Positions 24,850 to 32,000 of a stretch of 32,000 nucleotides of DNA are shown here, piece by piece (the first letter of the stretch is position 1; each line of letters starts with the position of its first letter). Location of the stretch: assembly GCF_000039765.1 (NCBI RefSeq), contig NC_004460.2, forward strand, positions 870,001 to 902,000. The letters are read 5' to 3'. A program made the translations under genes and the position numbers. The notes under the pieces were generated by a model. The model ran no database searches. It saw nothing but the letters and a program-made list of their open reading frames with translations, and was not told where the DNA came from. Origin of the DNA: Vibrio vulnificus CMCP6. GTDB lineage: Bacteria; Pseudomonadota; Gammaproteobacteria; Enterobacterales; Vibrionaceae.

Positions 24850-27800
24850 CTATGCGAGTAAAGCCGCAACCTGTTGCGCAGATTGACAGCGAACCAACTG
24901 CGAGGCGCTCAACTGGCTAGCAAAGCGTTGATTCAAAAGTGAAGCAATGCTGACAAGGTGAGATGGAAGTAATCCCCTCGACAAAAATGCCAACTCTTGC
25001 GCATCATCGAAGACCTCATCTGTCGCGATCACTTGGCGATAAATCTGTTCAATCTGTGCAAGTAGAGTTGGCTTCAGCACTTCCCCTTTTTCACGCTCGG
25101 CATGTGTTCCGGATTCGCTCGGCAGTAAGGAGGCAACCACTCGCGCTTGACACTGCTTTCTATCCACTTTGCCATTGGCGGAAAGAGGCAAAATGGTCAT
25201 CGGCATAAAGTGGGTTGGGATGTGCGATTGAGGCAAACATTGCTGAGCAAACTGGCGCAGTTGCTGAGCAGTCAGCGGCTTATCTGAATTCAGAGTAAAG
25301 AGCGCCGCCAAAGCACTGTCCCCATTGCCATCGAGATAATCGACGACAACCGCATTGGCGATCAAAGGATGCTTCAACAGCTCTTTTTCGATATCCGGCA
25401 AAGAGACTCGCACCCCACGAACTTTGACGTAACCATTCACTCGGCTAGCAAAAATGATGTTGCCATCTTGTCGGTAGTAACCTTGGTCACCGGTTCGAAA
25501 CGCGCGTACAGGCTCGCCACGATCATCATTGATGGTGACAAAATCCGTCTGCTTCAGCTCACCATTCTCTAAATAGCCTTGTGCTAAGTTGACCCCGACG
25601 GTGTAAATGCGCCCGACCACCCCTTGAGGCACATGCTGCTGCCTCTCATCCAAAATGAAATAGCGATTCCCGGGCAGTGGCCGTCCATAAGGAATGGTCG
25701 ACACATCCGCATCCGTCAGCTCATGCCAAATACTCCAAATGGTGGTTTCTGTCGGTCCGCCAAGCGAAATCAAACGGATCGAACTCTCCAGTGCGCGCAG
25801 TTGAGCAATGGTCGCAGGCTTAATGTAGTCGCCCCCTTGGGCAACCAAACGCAACGATTGCAGTTGCGAGCCTTGCGTGCAAGAAAGCAGCATTTCCAAA
25901 ATCGCTGGCACCGACACCCAAATCGTCACCTTATGCTGCTCAATCAATTGGTTCCATTTCAGCGCATCTTTTTCACCATCGGCTCCTGGAAGCACCAGCG
26001 TCGCCCCGGAGCTAAAAGCCGCAAACACGTCAAACACCGACATATCGTGGTGATACGGTGTCACGGACATGATCACATCCTGCGACGAAATCGACCACTC
26101 ACGGCAGGTTTGACCAATGACATTGGACGTCGCTTGATTATTGACCACCACGCATTTCGGTTTGCCAGTGGTGCCCGAGGTATACAGATAGTAGGCCGTT
26201 TGGGTGCTTTGACTTAAGCACGATAACTGTTCATCACTCGGCAACGGAGCCTCACTTGCGATGGGGCTGAGGAGCTCTGAGAAGGCAACCGACGCCACAA
26301 CGTCACCGTGTTGCGTGACCACCAGTTCTGCATTGCAATTACTGAGCAGATAAGCCAAACGGTCATGAGGTGAGGATGCATCAATGGGCACCCATACCAT
26401 GCCCGACAGTGAGCATGCCAACGTCATCACCAAGTGCTCCACACTTCGTGGAAGACAGATAGCCACCACACTGCCTTGTTGCAACCCTCTGACATTAAGC
26501 TGGCCTATCACACAAGCGACTTTCGAGCCCAATTCTGCATACGAGACCGTGTTTTCACCACAAATGATCGCCGTTTTTTCATTGGCTTCATCAAACAGTT
26601 GACGCGCAATGTGCGACAAGAAATCCGAAGGGTCACGCTGAGTTTCATCGCTATTGAGGCGATAGTGGGAAAGATCAAGAAAAGACGATGACGGTAAGAG
26701 TCCTTGCTGGGATTCAGACAGTTGTTGCAACAACGTTTTGAGCGCATTAAGAATATCGCACACAACGTTTGTCTCCAGCGCATCCACCGCGTAATCGAAG
26801 CTGACGATGAGATTTTTCTGCTCATCGTACGTCAGTCGAATGTCCAATGCCATTTGCGGTGTCTGAGTCACCCCAGAAAAGAGCGCCACATCGTCGGTTT
26901 CTTTGAGCGTCTGCCACGATAAGCCATTAGTGATCACCACGGGCAATGCTAATGCGGGTGAAGAGCCATTCATCAATAGGCGGTTTACGTCCACCCCCGA
27001 GAAATCGAGGTGTTCCAGCGCTTCAAGCATATCCGATTGCAAATCAAGAGCTTGACTCAGCACAGAGGCGTCCGATTTTTCATGCTCCAAAATCACAAAA
27101 GTCGATTCATTGCCCGCCAACTCATCTTGCTGCGGTATCACCACCGGAAAACCAATTCGCATACCATTTTCGGTTGTCCAGCAGGCCAACACTTGTACGA
27201 TGGCGGCGGTCAACAATGAGTTGACGAACAAACCATTTTCCGCCCCAAGCAGGGTCAGTTGTTGCAGCTCAGCACGGCGAATTTGCAAGCTTTCTCGCGC
27301 ATAACGAGAAGTGCGGATGGTCTCCAGCGGTTGTTTCCAAGGCAATGCCGGGGGCAAGCAGTCACGATGCAATTTTTCTTGCCAATAGCGTTCGTCTTGC
27401 GCTCGTTTCGCCGTATCGATGACGGGCCCTTGACGCTTTGGTGAGCGAGGGGGCAGCAAATCTTGAATGCCATCTTCTTGCTGACCAAGCAGCGTTGCGA
27501 GAATGATCGAATGACTGCGCCCATCAACAATCAGGGCATCAAAACTGGTGAAAATAATGGTGTTTATTCGACTGGCGTACTCTGGGGGCAATTGAACGAC
27601 ACACACCTCCCAAGGCGAACCGCTTAAATCGTGCATTTTATGGCGATAGTGCTCGCGAAGTGGCTCCACCGCTAAAAGTGCTTTTTCACGAGAAAGATGC
27701 TGAAAATCAAACGTTTTTAAATTGAGTTCAATGATGGGAGAAACAAACTGCAGCAATTTATCTTGGTCGATGTGCGTCCTCAACGCCGGGAGCTGTTCAA

Positions 27801-29379
27801 CCAAGCGGGTGAGATTTTCTCGCACCGTCTCGGTTGCTAAATTGCCGCGATATTCGCGAAACTCATGCATCGCAACGCCACCTAAGGCAATTTGAGTTGA
27901 ACGCCCTAACAAATACGATTTCTGCAAGTTGCTCAATGGTGTCGCCGCTATATTTTTCGACTCGGATTGCCCCAATGCCGCGTCTAGCTGTTCGAGCGTC
28001 TGATGCATGATTTGTGGGAACGTCGCAAGGCGGCGAATCAACGCAACGTAATGAGCAAACATGGACTCAATCACCTCTTGCTCCAAAAGATCCGAACGAA
28101 TATCCCAGTTAGCTAAAATGCCGCCATAAGCAGGGGCAATCTGCGCATCTAGCGTGACTTGTGCTCCTTGCGAAATCACCCAATTCATCCGGCCTAAACT
28201 GTCCGTCACTTGCTGAGAAAAGAGCTCACCACCGTCGATATCCATACCGGAAGTAAACACCACGGGCGAGCGTTGCACCTGACCCGCCAAGCGTGACAAA
28301 TCACGCATCACCTGCACACCTGAGTATGTTTCATGACTCAGCAACAGGTTCAGTTGGTTCGCCACTTGGCGGCAATGCGACAGCAGCGTCTGCGTTTTGT
28401 CAACGTGAGCACTGAAGATCAGTAGGTTGGAAAAATCGCCCACAGCCTGCTCTATCTGGGGATCATAAATACCACGATGAAAAGTCGGGACATTTAATCG
28501 GAAACGATGTTCACGCGCACCAGTGGCGATCACTTGCGAAAACAGAGCAAGAAATAGCTGTGTTAACGTGAGATGGTGCTCTTTCGCCAACGCCTCTAAC
28601 GCAACACGCTCTTGATGGGTAAACTGATGCGCCAAGCGCTGAGTTTGTGGACGAGCTTCGTTATCCTGGTGGGACAAATAGGGCAAGGGAGGCTCAGGGG
28701 GCAATGATGATAGACGCGCTTGCCACCACTGTTTATCGCTGGCCTTGCGCTGCGCTAAATAGCGATCCGCTTGCTGATGGTCAAGGTAATGAAAATAGGT
28801 TATCTGAGGCTCTTCGCTCATGACTAAATCGGATTCTTGTGCAGACAGGTAAAGTCGCGCTAACTCTTCGACCACAATTCGGAAACTCTGCGCATCGCAC
28901 GCAATCATATCCGCATCAATGTGCAATCGATGCTCATTATTGGCGAGCAAGGTCACACTGATCTCGATGGGGCTGCTTTGATTCAAATCCAAGATTTGGT
29001 GGCTCATTCGCTCTCGCTTGTTATGCAAGAACTGCTCGACCTCTGGTTTGGAATAGCGCGCAATGTCTTCCACCGTTAGTTGGTGACAAGCAGATAGAGG
29101 GAGAATGTGTTGTTGCCCCTCGGCAGTGATCGCTAACCGTAACATGGGATGCTTCGCATACAGTGCCCGCACCGCCATTGATAACGCTTCACGATTTAAA
29201 TCTCGTCCATCGAACTCGGCATAGAGATGGGCAGCCAAGCCTTCCATCGCATTGCCTTTTTGCCTTCCTAACCAATAAGCGGCCTGCATTGCCGTCATTT
29301 CTTTCATGTTAAAATCCAAACATAGTCCATTCACTTCGCCTGTCGGTCTGTCGTCTGTCGGCGCACAATTTGATAGCAT
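24850..29379 (-). CDS. NRPS, Cy-Cy-A plus a carrier-like tail, equivalent to the N-terminal half of VibF
   Basis: Two cyclization domains (MQAAYWLGRQ...IDADMIACDAQS and LQKSYLLGRS...FDALIVDGRS, both DxxxxD). Adenylation cores are LYTSGTTGKPK, GGPTETT, FRTGDQGY, VKVRGVRV and NGKVDRK. The start is uncertain. The track start at 29418 translates the Fur box (MIMIIINV). I prefer ATG 29379 (GGGTGG upstream), and ATG 29307 (MKEMTAMQ) is the alternative. Confidence 0.85.
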   Translation of the reverse strand: MLSNCAPTDDRPTGEVNGLCLDFNMKEMTAMQAAYWLGRQKGNAMEGLAAHLYAEFDGRDLNREALSMAVRALYAKHPMLRLAITAEGQQHILPLSACHQLTVEDIARYSKPEVEQFLHNKRERMSHQILDLNQSSPIEISVTLLANNEHRLHIDADMIACDAQSFRIVVEELARLYLSAQESDLVMSEEPQITYFHYLDHQQADRYLAQRKASDKQWWQARLSSLPPEPPLPYLSHQDNEARPQTQRLAHQFTHQERVALEALAKEHHLTLTQLFLALFSQVIATGAREHRFRLNVPTFHRGIYDPQIEQAVGDFSNLLIFSAHVDKTQTLLSHCRQVANQLNLLLSHETYSGVQVMRDLSRLAGQVQRSPVVFTSGMDIDGGELFSQQVTDSLGRMNWVISQGAQVTLDAQIAPAYGGILANWDIRSDLLEQEVIESMFAHYVALIRRLATFPQIMHQTLEQLDAALGQSESKNIAATPLSNLQKSYLLGRSTQIALGGVAMHEFREYRGNLATETVRENLTRLVEQLPALRTHIDQDKLLQFVSPIIELNLKTFDFQHLSREKALLAVEPLREHYRHKMHDLSGSPWEVCVVQLPPEYASRINTIIFTSFDALIVDGRSHSIILATLLGQQEDGIQDLLPPRSPKRQGPVIDTAKRAQDERYWQEKLHRDCLPPALPWKQPLETIRTSRYARESLQIRRAELQQLTLLGAENGLFVNSLLTAAIVQVLACWTTENGMRIGFPVVIPQQDELAGNESTFVILEHEKSDASVLSQALDLQSDMLEALEHLDFSGVDVNRLLMNGSSPALALPVVITNGLSWQTLKETDDVALFSGVTQTPQMALDIRLTYDEQKNLIVSFDYAVDALETNVVCDILNALKTLLQQLSESQQGLLPSSSFLDLSHYRLNSDETQRDPSDFLSHIARQLFDEANEKTAIICGENTVSYAELGSKVACVIGQLNVRGLQQGSVVAICLPRSVEHLVMTLACSLSGMVWVPIDASSPHDRLAYLLSNCNAELVVTQHGDVVASVAFSELLSPIASEAPLPSDEQLSCLSQSTQTAYYLYTSGTTGKPKCVVVNNQATSNVIGQTCREWSISSQDVIMSVTPYHHDMSVFDVFAAFSSGATLVLPGADGEKDALKWNQLIEQHKVTIWVSVPAILEMLLSCTQGSQLQSLRLVAQGGDYIKPATIAQLRALESSIRLISLGGPTETTIWSIWHELTDADVSTIPYGRPLPGNRYFILDERQQHVPQGVVGRIYTVGVNLAQGYLENGELKQTDFVTINDDRGEPVRAFRTGDQGYYRQDGNIIFASRVNGYVKVRGVRVSLPDIEKELLKHPLIANAVVVDYLDGNGDSALAALFTLNSDKPLTAQQLRQFAQQCLPQSHIPTHFMPMTILPLSANGKVDRKQCQARVVASLLPSESGTHAEREKGEVLKPTLLAQIEQIYRQVIATDEVFDDAQELAFLSRGLLPSHLVSIASLLNQRFASQLSASQLVRCQSAQQVAALLA

Positions 29380-29397
29380 TTCGCCACCCAAATTTAC

Positions 29398-29429
29398 ATT
29401 AATAATAATCATTATCATTTACATGTAAA
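29398..29429 (-). promoter_or_regulatory. Fur box overlapping the predicted promoter of the NRPS-PPTase operon
   Basis: ATTAATAATAATCATTATC (29398..29416) matches 16/19 of GATAATGATAATCATTATC. On the minus strand, TTTACA (29429..29424), a 16-nt spacer and TATTAT (29407..29402) form a candidate promoter whose -10 lies inside the box. Confidence 0.7.
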
Positions 29430-29529
29430 GTAATTAAAATGCCAAACAACGAGGCTTGTAGTGAAAGAATGTCAGTTCATCTTGTTGATTTTACTGGTTA
29501 GCATAGGGTGACTTGAGCAAGATTTCGGC

Positions 29530-29559
29530 TTGACATATCGATTCCTCTTTCTTAATAAT
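29530..29559 (+). promoter_or_regulatory. Candidate sigma70 promoter of the DAHP synthase gene
   Basis: Perfect TTGACA (29530..29535), a 17-nt spacer, then TAATAA(T) (29553..29559). The Fur box lies just downstream. Confidence 0.4.
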
Positions 29560-29567
29560 TCCGACAT

Positions 29568-29590
29568 TAACGATAATAATTATCATTAAC
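29568..29590 (+). promoter_or_regulatory. Fur box upstream of the DAHP synthase gene
   Basis: GATAATAATTATCATTAAC (29572..29590) matches 16/19 of the Fur consensus. The 22-mer at 29568..29589 is the exact reverse complement of 31829..31850. Confidence 0.7.
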
Positions 29591-29637
29591 ATTATTTATT
29601 TTTACAACTCAGTTACCGATATGGCTCAGGGGGAAAC

Positions 29638-30708
29638 ATGCCTACGCTCAGCAAATTGATTCACTCCACTCCTTGTGGAACACTCCCTTCTGTGGAAGAG
29701 ATCATTCAACACGCCTCACTGGACGAAGAGAGCGAAGCGTTTATCCGACAACGTCGCCAAGACATCACTCGAATTCTGAATGGCCAAGACCCTCGATTAC
29801 TGGTGATCATCGGCCCATGTTCAATTCACGACCCGCAAGCAGGCCTAGAATATGCGCAGAAACTGGCCAACATTCAGCATCAGCATGAAAAGCAACTTCT
29901 GATTGTGATGCGAACTTACTTTGAAAAACCGCGCACACGCGCAGGATGGAAAGGGCTGATCGTCGATCCCGATCTCGATAACAGCCACGACATTAATAAA
30001 GGTCTGCGGCTTGCTCGACAATTCTTACAGCAAGTCATCAAGCTTGGCCTTGCGACGGCAACCGAGTATTTAGACACCACGACTTACCCCTATATTTCTG
30101 ACCTCATTTGCTGGGGTGCCATTGGCGCGAGGACAACTGAATCTCAAATTCACCGTCAAATGGCCTCGGCGCTTCCCTGTCCTATTGGTTTCAAAAACGG
30201 GACCGACGGCAATGTTGATATTGCTATCGACGCGATACACGCGGCAAACTCACCCCATCTCATCTGTGTGCCAGGATTTGGGGCACGTACTCTCACAGCC
30301 ATCAGTCATGGTAACCCCAATGGCCATATCATTTTGCGAGGTGGCAAAACGCCAAACTACACCACCGAGCATGTTTGCCAAATCAGCCAACAACTGGAAG
30401 CCAACGATCTTAACCCGCGCCTGATCATTGATTGCAGCCATGGCAATAGCCTGAAAGTGGCAAAGAACCAACTCGATGTGGCGAGAAACATCGCCTGTCA
30501 GTTGATCGAAGGAGAAAAATGCATTGCAGGCGTGATGGCGGAGAGCTTCTTGGTAGCAGGCGCGCAAAAGATCACCGATCGTCCGTTGGTCAAAGGCATG
30601 TCGATTACTGATGAATGTTTGGGGTGGGAAGAGACGGAAAGTATTCTCAATATTTTTGCGGAAGCGGTGAATGTCGTGATGACGGAGCGCTTTTCCACCG
30701 TTGCCTAA
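29638..30708 (+). CDS. 3-deoxy-7-phosphoheptulonate (DAHP) synthase, class I AroG/F/H type
   Basis: 356 aa, collinear with E. coli AroG: LLVIIGPCSIHDP, MRTYFEKPRTRAGWKGLIVDPD, WGAIGARTTESQIHRQMAS, GFKNGTDG, IILRGG, IDCSHGNS, GVMAESFLV, GMSITDECLGWEETE. A GGGGGA RBS lies upstream. Confidence 0.9.
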   Translation: MPTLSKLIHSTPCGTLPSVEEIIQHASLDEESEAFIRQRRQDITRILNGQDPRLLVIIGPCSIHDPQAGLEYAQKLANIQHQHEKQLLIVMRTYFEKPRTRAGWKGLIVDPDLDNSHDINKGLRLARQFLQQVIKLGLATATEYLDTTTYPYISDLICWGAIGARTTESQIHRQMASALPCPIGFKNGTDGNVDIAIDAIHAANSPHLICVPGFGARTLTAISHGNPNGHIILRGGKTPNYTTEHVCQISQQLEANDLNPRLIIDCSHGNSLKVAKNQLDVARNIACQLIEGEKCIAGVMAESFLVAGAQKITDRPLVKGMSITDECLGWEETESILNIFAEAVNVVMTERFSTVA

Positions 30709-30717
30709 ATCACCAGT

Positions 30718-30766
30718 GGGACTAGGGACTAGGGACTAGGGACTAGGGACTAGGGACTAGGGACTA
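30718..30766. repeat. Tandem heptamer (GGGACTA) x7
   Basis: Seven exact units counted directly. The block starts 10 nt after the DAHP synthase stop. Confidence 0.95.
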
Positions 30767-30767
30767 G

Positions 30768-30807
30768 CAAACTAGAAAACTAGAAAACTAGAAAACTAGA
30801 AAACTAG
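30768..30807. repeat. Tandem octamer (AAAACTAG) x5, first unit CAAACTAG
   Basis: Counted directly. It is contiguous with the heptamer block. Confidence 0.95.
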
Positions 30808-30883
30808 CAACCTAGCAACCTAGCAACCTAGCAACCTAGCAACCTAGCAACCTAGCAACCTAGCAACCTAGCAACCTAGCAAG
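30808..30883. repeat. Tandem octamer (CAACCTAG) x9 plus a partial unit
   Basis: Nine exact units (30808..30879) followed by caag. Confidence 0.95.
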
Positions 30884-30891
30884 CATATCAA

Positions 30892-30926
30892 AGGAATGGT
30901 TACCATCCACCATTCCTCTTCTTTTG
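30892..30926 (+). terminator. Rho-independent terminator downstream of the repeat array
   Basis: aggaatggt (30892..30900) pairs with accattcct (30909..30917), with an 8-nt loop, followed by cttcttttgcttc. This places the whole repeat array inside the DAHP synthase 3' UTR. Confidence 0.6.
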
Positions 30927-30939
30927 CTTCAGCAAGTTA

Positions 30940-31728
30940 TTAATTATCCAATGTCGCACCACCGTCAACTCTGAGATCGTGCAAGGTAATGTGCCCTGCG
31001 TGCTCGGAAAGTAAAAACAGTACCGACCGTGCGATGTCTTGTGGCTCAGCCATTTTTCTTAACGGAATCCCCAAACGAAATTGCTCTAAATTCCCTGCAA
31101 TGACTTGAGGTTCACCGTATTCTTCCGACCACAATTGCATCTGCATGTCTGTGCGTGTTGAACCGGGGCTGACAATATTGCAGCGTACTCCATATTCCGC
31201 CAACTCCATTCCCATCGATTTAACCAGCATGTGCAACGCCGCCTTAGATGCCCCATAAGCCCCCATATTTGGACGAGGTGTATTGGCCGCATTAGAACCG
31301 ACAATCACCATACTGCCTGAGCGTCGTGCTTTCATTCCTTCTGCCAAGGCCTGCATCACCGCCAAGGTACCAAACGTGTTCACATTGAAAGTGTGCTCAA
31401 TTTGCGCCAGAGGCATGCTCGTAATGGAGCCAAGATGCAATACGCCGGCACAACATACGAGGTGATCAAACTGGCCATGTTGTTCAATCATTTGCGCCAC
31501 ACGACGAGCAACAGACTCCGGCTGAGAAAGATCCAAGTGATAGCAAAATAACTGCTCGCGATAGCGGTTCTTCAATGCGTCACTGTCTGTCTTGAGTCGC
31601 ACTTCATCGATGTCCGTGGCGACCACTCGAGCCCCCGCTTCAAGTAGATGCTGCATCACACTGAAACCAATACCTTTCGCCGCACCAGTCAGAAAAACAG
31701 TTTGTTTTTCAAGAAATTGGTTAAACAT
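30940..31728 (-). CDS. vibA: 2,3-dihydro-2,3-dihydroxybenzoate dehydrogenase (EntA/VibA/DhbA family SDR)
   Basis: 262 aa. It has the SDR motif TGAAKGIG, the catalytic YGASKAAL, and a C-terminal half that closely parallels E. coli EntA (GVRCNIVSPGSTRTDMQ...FRLGIPLRKMAEPQDIA...HITLHDLRVDGGATL). Confidence 0.9.
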   Translation of the reverse strand: MFNQFLEKQTVFLTGAAKGIGFSVMQHLLEAGARVVATDIDEVRLKTDSDALKNRYREQLFCYHLDLSQPESVARRVAQMIEQHGQFDHLVCCAGVLHLGSITSMPLAQIEHTFNVNTFGTLAVMQALAEGMKARRSGSMVIVGSNAANTPRPNMGAYGASKAALHMLVKSMGMELAEYGVRCNIVSPGSTRTDMQMQLWSEEYGEPQVIAGNLEQFRLGIPLRKMAEPQDIARSVLFLLSEHAGHITLHDLRVDGGATLDN

Positions 31729-31827
31729 AAAAACGTTATCTCTTTAATCTGTGTTCACTTATCCCGTCATGGATATCTGCACCCATGCTATAAATTCGTG
31801 ATTTAATGCACAAAAACAAACTTAGAT

Positions 31828-31850
31828 ATTAATGATAATTATTATCGTTA
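31828..31850 (-). promoter_or_regulatory. Fur box upstream of the EntA/VibA gene
   Basis: The minus-strand reading GATAATAATTATCATTAAT matches 15/19 of the Fur consensus. It lies about 100 nt upstream of the ATG at 31728. The 22-nt core is identical to the DAHP synthase operator in the same gene-relative orientation. Confidence 0.7.
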
Positions 31851-32000
31851 GCATTTAAATCGTGATAACTGTAATCTTACTCCACTGAATAAGCAACCTA
31901 TACCCAACCGATGACATTGCAGGCCAGACAAACATGCCGACTCACAAACATAACGAGTCTATGGCATTGAGATCAGTCCGTCGCCACCACCGCAAAGTTG

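Noticed and set aside
25624-26217. A 197-aa plus-strand ORF. Similar long antisense ORFs occur at 16707..17381 (224 aa), 7590..7955, 18813..19184, 830..1129 and 2556..2840.
   Set aside because: All are fully nested antisense to strongly supported genes (NRPS, MCP, chitinase, PhoX, MscS, NlpE-like). They have Arg/His/Gln/Ser-rich low-complexity translations, no recognisable motifs and no RBS. They are shadow ORFs.
29380-29418. An N-terminal extension, MIMIIINVNLGGE, on the Cy-Cy-A NRPS in the ORF track.
   Set aside because: These codons are the translation of the Fur box and -10 region (aatgataatgattattatt). A start inside its own operator and promoter is implausible, so a downstream ATG (29379 or 29307) was preferred.
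30718-30883. The tandem repeat array considered as a CRISPR array.
   Set aside because: The units are 7-8 bp and directly abutting, with no unique spacers. There are no cas genes in the window.
31934-32000. A possible plus-strand CDS start (MPTHKHNESMALRSVRRHHRKV...) divergent from the EntA/VibA gene.
   Set aside because: Only 22 codons are visible, with no clear Shine-Dalgarno and no recognisable motif. It cannot be distinguished from chance.

Overview
The window looks like a Vibrio-type (Vibrionaceae) chromosomal segment with about 21 protein-coding genes. I saw no rRNA, tRNA, CRISPR array, transposase or integrase.

Left two thirds (1-21 kb), mostly housekeeping and environmental-sensing genes:
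- a truncated PTS EIIC gene
- an MscS-family channel
- a DM13-domain protein
- an NlpE-like lipoprotein
- the arginine ABC transporter artPIQM
- a PNPOx-family flavoprotein
- a 1205-aa modular GH19 chitinase
- a membrane-anchored EAL phosphodiesterase with a degenerate GGDEF domain
- a CE2-like SGNH esterase
- a chemoreceptor flanked by two orphan family-3 solute-binding proteins
- a Tat-exported PhoX phosphatase
- yggL

Right third (21-32 kb): part of a Fur-controlled catecholate/oxazoline (vibriobactin-class) siderophore locus. It contains an EntD-type PPTase and a VibF-like NRPS split into Cy-Cy-A and C-PCP-C proteins. It also contains a dedicated DAHP synthase and an EntA/VibA dehydrogenase. 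There are three Fur boxes, and two of them share an identical 22-nt core.

The most unusual non-genic signal is a 166-bp three-block tandem-repeat array: (GGGACTA)7, (AAAACTAG)5, (CAACCTAG)9. Every unit contains CTAG. The array lies between the DAHP synthase stop codon and its terminator, and the first block fits the G-quadruplex consensus.

Other leads:
- an ERIC-like palindromic repeat present twice
- an 18-bp perfect inverted repeat bracketing the AT-rich chitinase upstream region
- an orphan terminator followed by a Shine-Dalgarno-led 17-codon ORF
- a carrier-like tail without a canonical GGxS motif on the Cy-Cy-A protein

I found no convincing evidence for a wholly new multi-gene system. 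The siderophore locus is a variant of a known class. All homology statements come from reading the translations and from remembered family motifs, not from database searches.
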